Source: a virus (Duplodnaviria > Caudoviricetes). From it: DNA of 37,108 nt. The first letter of the stretch is position 1; each line of letters begins with the position of its first letter. Under the pieces are notes generated by a model. That model made no database searches. It was not told the DNA's origin and saw only the letters and a program-made list of their open reading frames with translations. The translations under genes and the position numbers were made by a program. Shown in pieces: positions 17,561 through 25,512 of the stretch. Where the stretch lies: positions 1 through 37,108 of the IMG/VR virus record IMGVR_UViG_3300027688_000009; one strand, given 5' to 3'.

Positions 17561-19744
17561 TTAAACCATTCCATTAAGGTTGATGGGTGGAGGCACATTC
17601 GCCGCTGTCTGCACAGCCTGTTGGATGATTGCAGACTCTTGCGCCATAGCCTCCCGATCCATAGACTGCCGCGCTTCGATTTCGGCAGTGCTAATTTGTG
17701 TCTGGTACTTTAACTCTAATTCGTACTTCTTGAGCATTAAGTCCTGCGCCATTTGATCTCTACGGTAATCGTCATCGCGGATCATCTGCTCGCGCTTCAA
17801 CTCCAACTCAGCAGCCTTCTTCTGGATGTCGGCTTGGATTGACTGAGCCTGTACCTGAGCCAGCACCTCCTCTGGCGTTGGCTTTGGCGCATCGGCCTGC
17901 GGCATCTGGTAGTCTGCTGGCAGCGTCTGAATGTAGCTGGACGCATCCTTAAAGCCGGACAACTCAATAATCTTTTGGAGACTGCGGATGTACATGGCCG
18001 GTGTCACCACCGGATTGCTCAGACCAAACTGCTGCATGATCTGCTCTTGCTTGCCGGCAATCATGGTCAGTGCTTGGATGCGCTCATTGGTGTCGCCATT
18101 GCCCAGGCCGATATTGACCGTCACGTCCATGCTGGAATTCCAGACTCGCGGGTCAATCTCCACCCACTCATTACGCAAGCGCACCATGCGCGGCTTGTCT
18201 TGATGTGTGGTCATTAGGTACAAGATGCCCTTAAACAGTTTCTTCATGCCCTCGGCCAGTATGCGTGCCTGCAACTCAATACGGCCTTGGCTGGCGCTGA
18301 TGGTGGCCGCCACAGCTGCCTTGGTGCTTGACTGCAATGCGTCAGCGTCCAATCCCATCGCGGCCTTGCTCATGCCGGTGCGGTCTTCGCGCATCTGATC
18401 CATGTAGTCCAGCATGGGGAATGCGGCCTGGCCGACAAATGGGGTAGAGAACGGCTGCACCATGCCAGGCGCACGCATCCGGATAATGGCACCAGTTTCG
18501 TTGTTCAATACGTCATCAATGTTGACCTGACCTTCCACCACGGCGGTGCGCGGATGGATTGACTGCGCCAGCGAGTCCAAGGTATTTCGTAACACTTCGG
18601 ACTTGATTTCCTGAATGTCGTGCGTCAAATCAAACACCGACATGGCCTCAAGCGGTGAGGTATGTGGCTCTGGATCACATGGGAAATCAACAAAGGGAAT
18701 ATAGCTGGCTGGCAAGTTCCGCACCACGGTGTAGCCCGAACCCATGCAGCAGACCTTACGCAACTCGGCGATGCCGTCACCGTCAAAGTCCACGCGGATA
18801 TAGGACTCAACGTACAAAACGCGGCGTTGACCAGGATTCAAACTGTCGCCGGAACCCATGGTGGTGGACAGCGGCTGGCGCGCCAAGTACTCATCATTGC
18901 TGTCTAGATCGGTGCTGGATATATTCTCTTCAATCTCATCCAGCTCGTAGCCCATCTGAAGCAGATCGTCCACGGTCGCCATCTGTCTGTGGGCGATGAT
19001 GCCTGCATCCTCAAACGATCTGGCTCTGCGATCAAGTATCAATTCTTCGGGCGGCACAGCCATGATGCGGATACGGCCATCCTTTGTCGTGCGCTTGATC
19101 TGCACGTCATGCAGCATCGGTTGCGGCATCTGCATCATTTGGCCGGTCATCGGATCAATCTGCGGCTGCATCATGTCCATCGGCACTGATGGATCAGGGT
19201 AGCTGACCACAATCTTGACCTCGGAACCCTCGGACATCAGCAGCTGCACGGTCTGGTCATCGAGGCCAGAATAATCATCAATCTTGACCTCTTGAACCTC
19301 ATCCCAATAGTACTTTGCAATACCACACTTACGCACCAGCGAGTCCTTGAACAGCGCGTAGGTGGTCATGAAACCGTTGTTGTCGTTGCTGAATATGTAG
19401 TTGGCGTAGTCGGTCGCCTGCTGCGCGCCTGCGACATCTTCCGGCCCGCGAGGCACATACTCCACAACATTCTCGGTGCTGAAGAAAACGCGCATCAGGC
19501 TTGGCAGCATGGCGCTCACCGTGTCGCGCACCTCCATTGCCACCACTTGGCTGCGGCCATCTTCCTCATTACCAAAGGGATCGCCACGGTAGTACTCTGT
19601 TCCCTTGGCGCGGATAGGCGATACATCGGCATCGATGTAGCTGACGGCATCTTCCAACTCACCGGCCACAATGCCCTGCAACTCGGTGTCATCCATCGGG
19701 TTGACGGCGGCAATGTCGGTGCTGATGTTCATATCGTTGATCAT
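17561..19744 (-). CDS. Portal protein (P22-like, long C-terminal helical barrel), 727 aa
   Basis: YY.G, V...V.DTV...LPSLMRVF, P.GPEDV..A.QAT.Y.NY motifs; Q-rich coiled C-terminus; position. Confidence 0.88.
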   Translation of the reverse strand: MINDMNISTDIAAVNPMDDTELQGIVAGELEDAVSYIDADVSPIRAKGTEYYRGDPFGNEEDGRSQVVAMEVRDTVSAMLPSLMRVFFSTENVVEYVPRGPEDVAGAQQATDYANYIFSNDNNGFMTTYALFKDSLVRKCGIAKYYWDEVQEVKIDDYSGLDDQTVQLLMSEGSEVKIVVSYPDPSVPMDMMQPQIDPMTGQMMQMPQPMLHDVQIKRTTKDGRIRIMAVPPEELILDRRARSFEDAGIIAHRQMATVDDLLQMGYELDEIEENISSTDLDSNDEYLARQPLSTTMGSGDSLNPGQRRVLYVESYIRVDFDGDGIAELRKVCCMGSGYTVVRNLPASYIPFVDFPCDPEPHTSPLEAMSVFDLTHDIQEIKSEVLRNTLDSLAQSIHPRTAVVEGQVNIDDVLNNETGAIIRMRAPGMVQPFSTPFVGQAAFPMLDYMDQMREDRTGMSKAAMGLDADALQSSTKAAVAATISASQGRIELQARILAEGMKKLFKGILYLMTTHQDKPRMVRLRNEWVEIDPRVWNSSMDVTVNIGLGNGDTNERIQALTMIAGKQEQIMQQFGLSNPVVTPAMYIRSLQKIIELSGFKDASSYIQTLPADYQMPQADAPKPTPEEVLAQVQAQSIQADIQKKAAELELKREQMIRDDDYRRDQMAQDLMLKKYELELKYQTQISTAEIEARQSMDREAMAQESAIIQQAVQTAANVPPPINLNGMV

Positions 19745-20031
19745 TTCTTGTTCCTTCGGGATATGGCCTTGGCCTTGGCCTTCGCCTGTTCTTTTGAGTC
19801 AGCCCCCCACGCCTTGAGGGACAACGCTAATCGGGTTGGCTCGCCGTTCTTTTCCATCGGGCCAGGCATATTGCCCATTCTCGCAAGGAATGACGCTCTG
19901 CGCGGGTTGTCACCAGACTTCACCGGCGCTTTCAGATTCATACCCTCGGCCTTTGCGCTGGCGCGTCCCTTGGCATTTAAGCCGCCACTCGGACTCTTTC
20001 CCTCTTTACGCTGCCACGCTGGTGTCTTCAT
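19741..20031 (-). CDS. Small basic protein (DUF6321-like), 96 aa
   Basis: AWQRKEGK.P.GGLNAKGRAS...RRASF.ARM motif. Confidence 0.7.
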   Translation of the reverse strand: MKTPAWQRKEGKSPSGGLNAKGRASAKAEGMNLKAPVKSGDNPRRASFLARMGNMPGPMEKNGEPTRLALSLKAWGADSKEQAKAKAKAISRRNKK

Positions 20032-20543
20032 TTAATACCCCAAAAATATAAATCTCTAGGAGACTGATTTTCGCTAAATTCATGCTGTGAAAACCTCTTG
20101 ACCAACAAACCAAAGTGTCCGGCCTCTAGATTCATGTAATAGTCATTTGTGAAAGGTGCATCAGCCGGTGACGTTCTCGTTGTCCCATGCTCCTGCCTGC
20201 CCGTAGTCGCGCAGGAAAATATAACCAAACCGCCAACCTTGACCAAGTCAACCATCTTGGAGAATGTCTTGCGCCAGTGTCGGTCATGCTCAAAGCACTC
20301 GCACGATATCGCAACATCAAAATAACCGTCAGCATATGGCAACTCATGCCCTGCACAAACAATGTCAACGCCCTTACCCTCGCCCAAGTCGCAGCCTACA
20401 TACTCCTCAGAATTGACAAAGAAGTCACGCACGCTGCCGTTAATATTCAGTGAGCCAACTTCCAAAACTCGCCCACCCAAAAAAAACTCAGGGAAATACG
20501 CTTTCACGCCACCGACAAAGTCAAGTTGGGATTGATGACTCAC
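20028..20543 (-). CDS. Class I SAM-dependent methyltransferase, 171 aa
   Basis: VLEVGS..ING, YVG.D..G.GVD and FD..IS.ECFEHD motifs; GTG at 20543 overlaps the upstream stop. Confidence 0.85.
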   Translation of the reverse strand: MSHQSQLDFVGGVKAYFPEFFLGGRVLEVGSLNINGSVRDFFVNSEEYVGCDLGEGKGVDIVCAGHELPYADGYFDVAISCECFEHDRHWRKTFSKMVDLVKVGGLVIFSCATTGRQEHGTTRTSPADAPFTNDYYMNLEAGHFGLLVKRFSQHEFSENQSPRDLYFWGIK

Positions 20544-21235
20544 TTGAACCACGCTTCGGCATAGTGCGGCCTGTTCTGTAGCAACCACGGTATGGCCGCC
20601 TTGGTCAGTGCGTCACCGTTCATGCCCACAGTCTGGCTGCCAATGTGATGCACATAAGACCGGCTCAAGTAGTGGTGAAAGCCAGCTGCGCGCAAATCCT
20701 CGCAGTGAACGTCATCGGAGTACCAGTTCAGCGGTGGAAACTTAAAGCAGTCCCAAGCATCACGCCCAATCCAGCCAAATATCGGAGACAGCACCTCCAT
20801 CGGAACAATTGCGTACTCATATGGGTACTTAAAGTAATGCAGTTCCTGATTAAATGGATTACTGCGAATATTCTGCACTGCTCTAGCCGCATCGCACCGC
20901 GCTGAAACCCAGCCCACAGGCTCACCGGTTTCCTCTTTCAGCTGCGCTACATCCTCCGTCAGCAGCTGGTAACTCATTGGTGTCAGCACAATATCATCAT
21001 TGGCGCAGATCACTGACTCAAACCCATCAGCAAAGGCACGGTCAATGATGTCGTTGTAATCATCACCGAAATTGTGCGCTGCACCAAAGACCTTCAGGTC
21101 AGCGTCAAAGCCGCCAATAATGGACTCTGGACCGCGCAAATAGACAGGCACTTCGGGACAGTACTCGGCGATGCTGGTGAGCATCACCCGCAAACCTTTG
21201 CCGTGTACTGTCGAGATGCATATCGGGGAGATCAC
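20540..21235 (-). CDS. GT-A fold glycosyltransferase-like protein, 231 aa
   Basis: ICANDDIV (NDD), WYSDD and YVHHIGSQT motifs. Confidence 0.75.
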   Translation of the reverse strand: MISPICISTVHGKGLRVMLTSIAEYCPEVPVYLRGPESIIGGFDADLKVFGAAHNFGDDYNDIIDRAFADGFESVICANDDIVLTPMSYQLLTEDVAQLKEETGEPVGWVSARCDAARAVQNIRSNPFNQELHYFKYPYEYAIVPMEVLSPIFGWIGRDAWDCFKFPPLNWYSDDVHCEDLRAAGFHHYLSRSYVHHIGSQTVGMNGDALTKAAIPWLLQNRPHYAEAWFK

Positions 21236-21652
21236 TTAAAACTGCCGGTTGTAGTTCAACATTAAGTATGGATTTGATGGATTATTTGCCTCGCGCCGGT
21301 TTAACTGGACACCAAAATTACCTTGTGATGTTGGCAACATTGCATCAAGTGAATTCACGTTGAATTGCTTACCGCCTGGAATGCTTGGTAAGTATGAACC
21401 ACCGCCAGACATTCCAAGAATCAAAGCCTGTTCAGGCGTTAACTGCATTCTCGTTCCAATTCTTCCACCACCAGCAAATCCAGATAAGCCAGGGACAGAT
21501 TCAATTTGCGCATTGACATCTATAGGCATTGATTGATTGCCATATGCCTGCTGCATCAATTGCTGCGCCTCCATCTGCCGCTGCATCATTTCGCGTTGCT
21601 TGGCGGTTTTGTCGCCTTGGCTTGTAAAAAAATCAAGTAGTCCTTGGTCCAT
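21236..21652 (-). CDS. Hypothetical protein starting MDQGLLDFF, 138 aa
   Basis: Fills the gap exactly; appears more AT-rich than its neighbours; Q-rich N-terminus and beta-strand-like C-terminus ending YNRQF. Confidence 0.7.
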   Translation of the reverse strand: MDQGLLDFFTSQGDKTAKQREMMQRQMEAQQLMQQAYGNQSMPIDVNAQIESVPGLSGFAGGGRIGTRMQLTPEQALILGMSGGGSYLPSIPGGKQFNVNSLDAMLPTSQGNFGVQLNRREANNPSNPYLMLNYNRQF

Positions 21653-21654
21653 GA

Positions 21655-21822
21655 TTAACCCTTTGATTTCGGCTTCTTCTTCGCGGTCTTGGCTGCCAGT
21701 TTGAAGTCAGCCGCAGACGGCGCTGCCTTGGAGCCAACCTTGTTCATCTTCTCGCCGCTGCCTTCGGCGATGCGTTTTTGCTTCGCGTTGATGTTGGCGT
21801 ACAAACCAGGTTTAGTCGCCAT
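21655..21822 (-). CDS. Small Lys-rich protein, 55 aa
   Basis: Below the track cutoff; MATKPGLYANINAKQKRIAEGSGEKM...AAKTAKKKPKSKG; GGAG upstream. Confidence 0.8.
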   Translation of the reverse strand: MATKPGLYANINAKQKRIAEGSGEKMNKVGSKAAPSAADFKLAAKTAKKKPKSKG

Positions 21823-22294
21823 TCTTGACTCCAATCTTGATCGTTAACAGTGACTCAGGCATTTCATCCTCGCCCTCGTCATCCACCACCCAAGCCGAGC
21901 AAGTACGGCTGGACGCGCACTTGAAGTCGAATATCTCGCAGTAACCCAAGTCACCAGCATCAATCACCGCCCATGGGTCGCCCTCATCGCCAATACCGTT
22001 AGCAATGCACTCAAGCATAGAGTCATCCTGGTTAAACGCCGCGCAGTTACCGCAGCGGCTCATCTTGGCATCCTCCTCGGACACCTCCCACTCAGCCGCC
22101 ATCTCCATCCAATACTGCTTATTAGGCAGCTTCGGATTCTCCGGTCCGTAGTTCGCAGAATCAATTGCCTTAGCGCGATTCTTCAAATTCAGCGTGATGT
22201 CTTGCGTTGCCATCGGGCAACTCTCTTCGCCGCCGCCCTCGTAGCCTTCGTCTTGATCCATGGCCTGATCCATGGTGCGCTTGAGCGTAGCCAT
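21812..22294 (-). CDS. Acidic Cys-motif protein, possible metal/Fe-S binding, 160 aa
   Basis: CGNC..F...GYC..FDFKC...RTC.AW motif. Confidence 0.7.
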   Translation of the reverse strand: MATLKRTMDQAMDQDEGYEGGGEESCPMATQDITLNLKNRAKAIDSANYGPENPKLPNKQYWMEMAAEWEVSEEDAKMSRCGNCAAFNQDDSMLECIANGIGDEGDPWAVIDAGDLGYCEIFDFKCASSRTCSAWVVDDEGEDEMPESLLTIKIGVKNGD

Positions 22295-22488
22295 TAACGC
22301 ATCCCCTTGGTCTTCATGTTCTTCGCTGTACGCGCACCGCGCATAGGCATCTTGGCTTCGGACATCGCAATAGCCACGGCCTGCTTAGGACTCTTGACTA
22401 CTTTGCCGCCCTTGCCAGAGTGCAATGTGCCAGCCTTGTACTCGCCCATCACCTTGCCAACTTTCTTCGCCGCCTTTGTCATCTTCAT
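22294..22488 (-). CDS. Small basic protein (DUF6496-like), 64 aa
   Basis: KV.KVM.EYK.GTLHSG....V...KQA.AIA.SEA motif. Confidence 0.75.
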   Translation of the reverse strand: MKMTKAAKKVGKVMGEYKAGTLHSGKGGKVVKSPKQAVAIAMSEAKMPMRGARTAKNMKTKGMR

Positions 22489-22516
22489 AATTTTCCCCTT
22501 TAAACAATTACGTCAA

Positions 22517-23989
22517 TTATGCAACCCTTGACAGGTTTCTTTTCAACGGCTGTCCCCACTTGGTGCTGGCCTTAGACCCCATCATGCCGATTACAGCGTC
22601 ACTCGCAAACGTCAAACAAAACGCATCAGCCTTGTCAGGTGAGGCTAAACCCCGCTTCTTGATCTCATCCTTACTCTCGATCTGAATCTTCCCATTGCTC
22701 GTAAACATATAACGCACAGTCGCCAACTCAGCCACCAGCAACTCATCCTTTGGCAGCCGACAGTCCCGCTGCTCCAGCCACGCCTTGGCCTTGTACCAAA
22801 GCTCGGCCTTCAGATTCCTGTAAGTCCCGCCCATGGCCGGACTCTCGCTGACATTAATCCCGCGCGCCGGTAAACCCAACTCTTTGAGCCGATCCACCAC
22901 GCCAGCGCCAAGTCCAATACTGTCAACCAGTATCTCCTCCGGCCTGTCGCTTGGCGGCAACGCCTCAAACTCAGCCACCACCGCGCCGGTAAGCTGCATC
23001 AAGTCCAGATTCTTCCATGTCTTAATCGGCTCAGTCACCGCGTTACCCCGCCGCTTGCACAGTGCCGAGCGATCAGAGCCGAACCTTGCAACATCCAAGC
23101 CCCAGACCAGCGGCGCATAAGGCGATGCCACTACGTCCCGATTCATCGCCAAGTCCAGCAACTCCATCGGTATCACCGTGTCCTCATCACTCCTCGGAAA
23201 CTCACCCAGCACGCGAATCCGGTAAGCGTTACTCTCCTCGCCGTACCGCGACTTCATCTCCTCAATGTAAGCCTCACTCACCCGGGGCGACTCGGTGCAG
23301 GACACCTTCATCGTCACCCAATCCCCCGCCAACCGGTTATGCGTGTCAAAGAAGAATCCGCTACTCCTCACTGGGTTTCCCAGTAGCAACGTCACAGCGT
23401 TATGCCCCGACATCGAGCCAGACGCGGCCTCAAACACCTTCTCCGGAATACCAGATGCCTCATCCCCCACCAGCATCACATGGTCACTGTGAACCCCCTG
23501 CAACGCCTCGGGCTGCTCGGCCCTACTAGTCCTGGCTGAGATAAACGCCTCCTCGTTGGCATCCTTGACCTCAATCCGGTCCTGCTTCACCTCCAGCTGG
23601 TCATGCAGCATCGGCGGCAGCACCTTCACCCACCGCTTAACCTCCGCAAACAATGCGTCATAAAGCTGGCTGCTCGTTGGTGCCGTCACCACAATCTTCA
23701 CCGGAAACCTCAGAAACAAGTACCAGATCATCGCCCAACTCGCGCCAGTACTCTTCCCAACACCGTGTCCACTCCTCACGCTAATTCTTCTATTGCCCGC
23801 CGCAATGTGGTTCAAGAATTCCACTTGCCACGGGTCAGGCTCAGTGTTCAGCACCTCTCTGACGAATAGGACAGGATTATTCTTGTAGAGTTTGACGAAT
23901 TCGACAAATGGGTTATTCGTCACCAAATCATCAGAATTTTTTTTCGGGACGCGCTTCTTTGTCGCAGTGGGGGTAGGGGGTAGGGTCAT
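22517..23989 (-). CDS. terL: Terminase large subunit, 490 aa (start uncertain)
   Basis: Walker A SGHGVGKS, Walker B LVGDEA, LGNP coupling motif, nuclease GLDVARFGSD and SPD.ADA motifs. Confidence 0.95.
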   Translation of the reverse strand: MTLPPTPTATKKRVPKKNSDDLVTNNPFVEFVKLYKNNPVLFVREVLNTEPDPWQVEFLNHIAAGNRRISVRSGHGVGKSTGASWAMIWYLFLRFPVKIVVTAPTSSQLYDALFAEVKRWVKVLPPMLHDQLEVKQDRIEVKDANEEAFISARTSRAEQPEALQGVHSDHVMLVGDEASGIPEKVFEAASGSMSGHNAVTLLLGNPVRSSGFFFDTHNRLAGDWVTMKVSCTESPRVSEAYIEEMKSRYGEESNAYRIRVLGEFPRSDEDTVIPMELLDLAMNRDVVASPYAPLVWGLDVARFGSDRSALCKRRGNAVTEPIKTWKNLDLMQLTGAVVAEFEALPPSDRPEEILVDSIGLGAGVVDRLKELGLPARGINVSESPAMGGTYRNLKAELWYKAKAWLEQRDCRLPKDELLVAELATVRYMFTSNGKIQIESKDEIKKRGLASPDKADAFCLTFASDAVIGMMGSKASTKWGQPLKRNLSRVA

Positions 23990-24155
23990 GTGGTTATGTC
24001 GGTTGCGGATTTCGGTAGGTGTTCGGTTGCATCATCAGCTGCCCCCGCCAAAATCCAGCGATGGGGGGGTCGCCGCCGCCAGCGGCCAGCGGCACGCTCC
24101 GGCACCAGCATCGGCTACTTTACCGCTGAAAGTTATCCACAATCCACTATTCATG

Positions 24156-24168
24156 CAAGTCATTGATC
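24156..24168 (-). promoter_or_regulatory. IHF-like binding site
   Basis: Minus strand GATCAATGACTTG versus consensus WATCAANNNNTTR (one mismatch, at W); AT-rich 5' flank. Confidence 0.5.
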
Positions 24169-24201
24169 TATATGCTTTCTTACAGAATGCTGACATATTC
24201 C

Positions 24202-24229
24202 ATTTAACACGATGTCCATTATGTTAAGT
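24202..24229 (+). other. dif-like Xer recombination site
   Basis: ATTTAACACGA-TGTCCA-TTATGTTAAGT in an 11-6-11 layout; the right arm matches the E. coli XerD arm TTATGTTAAAT at 10/11. Confidence 0.65.
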
Positions 24230-24310
24230 CAATTGTGGATAACTGACCAGTATTTGCTCAACAAACAGGCAGAGTTGCGTTATCCACAGGGCAATGTGAT
24301 CAATCACGGC

Positions 24311-24742
24311 TCAATCCTGCTTCTCGCCTGTGGATAAGTCATCGACAACCTCGACATGGCGCAGCGCGGCCATGCGTAGGTCTTGGATGTTGATGTTGAT
24401 TGAGGCTGCTTTTTGTAAGCCGTAAGTCTTCTGATCCCATCGTTCGGCCAGCCACTGCCTCGTTCGGATGCGCTGGACATCGCGCTGCGGGTTGCTGTCG
24501 GCCATGCTGTCAGCAATGTCCAGAGTCTCCACCGCGAGTTTATCGGCGGCTTTCGCGCGCGCACGCGCAATTATAGAGGGATCGGTATCCTCGATCCATT
24601 GCTCAAGCGCCCTGCGCCCGATGCCCATTTCGTAGCAAATCTGAGTCTGCGACTTGCCTGCTTCAAACATGGACACGATCAGGTCATCGGGCAAATCCTC
24701 AAGCAGTGCCATGTCCTCTCTGAATTTCGGTCTTCCTGCCAC
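24311..24742 (-). CDS. terS: Terminase small subunit, 143 aa
   Basis: MAGRP start, HTH-like segment and AR...AD.LA.ETLDIAD...RI.TRQWLA..W pattern; AAGGAGG RBS; upstream of terL. Confidence 0.8.
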   Translation of the reverse strand: MAGRPKFREDMALLEDLPDDLIVSMFEAGKSQTQICYEMGIGRRALEQWIEDTDPSIIARARAKAADKLAVETLDIADSMADSNPQRDVQRIRTRQWLAERWDQKTYGLQKAASININIQDLRMAALRHVEVVDDLSTGEKQD

Positions 24743-24799
24743 GCTCAGACCCTCCTTAGAGCCGTTTTAATCCGCTGGACGATATCCAGTACCCATTGT

Positions 24800-25483
24800 T
24801 TAATTTGCTGCATTCTTCATTCTCCCTGCTAGTTTCGTGTCGAATTTCTTTTCCATGACTTCATTGTCATCGAATTTCAAGTCGTTTTCAAAGTCATCAA
24901 ATCCTGTTGCCCCTCCGAGCTTGAAGTCTGGCGCTGTTTTGAAACTGGTTACTGTGGCCGTTGGGAATAGTGCTTTGATCTTGATGACTTGCTGCATACG
25001 TTCATCGGCCATCAGCGCCTCGATCTCTTCCATAGCCCAGATGTTCTGATTGCTGATGTCTTGACGCTCCCGCTGTATTGCCACGGCCTCGTTGACAGTT
25101 CTGACAATCACCATGATCTGGCCGTTTTGCATTTGCCACTCAATCCTCGGGATGTTGTCGCTGGCTGGCGTTATGCCTTGATCTGTTGCCCACTGATCCA
25201 GCACGCCATACGCCCTGATCATTCCCGCCAGGCTTGAATCGAATTTCGCGTGATCCTTTGCCGTGACTGCTTGCTGCAATCTGGCGTTCTGAATCCAGAA
25301 TTTCTCTCTCAGCTCACTGTCTACTAAAGTAATCAGTCTATTTTCTCCCCATTTCCTGTCGCTGACTGCTTTGGCAGCCTCCAACTCCACCAGTTTTGAT
25401 TGAACGTAAATCGTCCAAGGGTCTGCTTGTGGACTTGGACTCGTTGCTAATGGATGCTGTCTGCTTTTTGCTTTTGTTGCCAT
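24800..25483 (-). CDS. Hypothetical protein between primase-helicase and terS, 227 aa
   Basis: Long ORF with AAGGAA RBS; no motif recognised. Confidence 0.8.
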   Translation of the reverse strand: MATKAKSRQHPLATSPSPQADPWTIYVQSKLVELEAAKAVSDRKWGENRLITLVDSELREKFWIQNARLQQAVTAKDHAKFDSSLAGMIRAYGVLDQWATDQGITPASDNIPRIEWQMQNGQIMVIVRTVNEAVAIQRERQDISNQNIWAMEEIEALMADERMQQVIKIKALFPTATVTSFKTAPDFKLGGATGFDDFENDLKFDDNEVMEKKFDTKLAGRMKNAAN

Positions 25484-25512
25484 GATCTTTCCTTGGTTTC
25501 AAGTGGTGCATG

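Larger units (their letters stand above)
24133..24337. promoter_or_regulatory. Cluster of four perfect DnaA boxes (TTATCCACA)
   Basis: 24133-24141 (+), 24234-24242 (-), 24280-24288 (+), 24329-24337 (-). Confidence 0.85.

Noticed and set aside
23969-23985. Possible G-quadruplex
   Set aside because: Only three adjacent G-tracts; the next long run is about 80 bp away.
23892-24227. 111-aa plus-strand ORF across the terS/terL gap
   Set aside because: Low-complexity translation with no RBS seen; the region is better explained by cis-acting sites.
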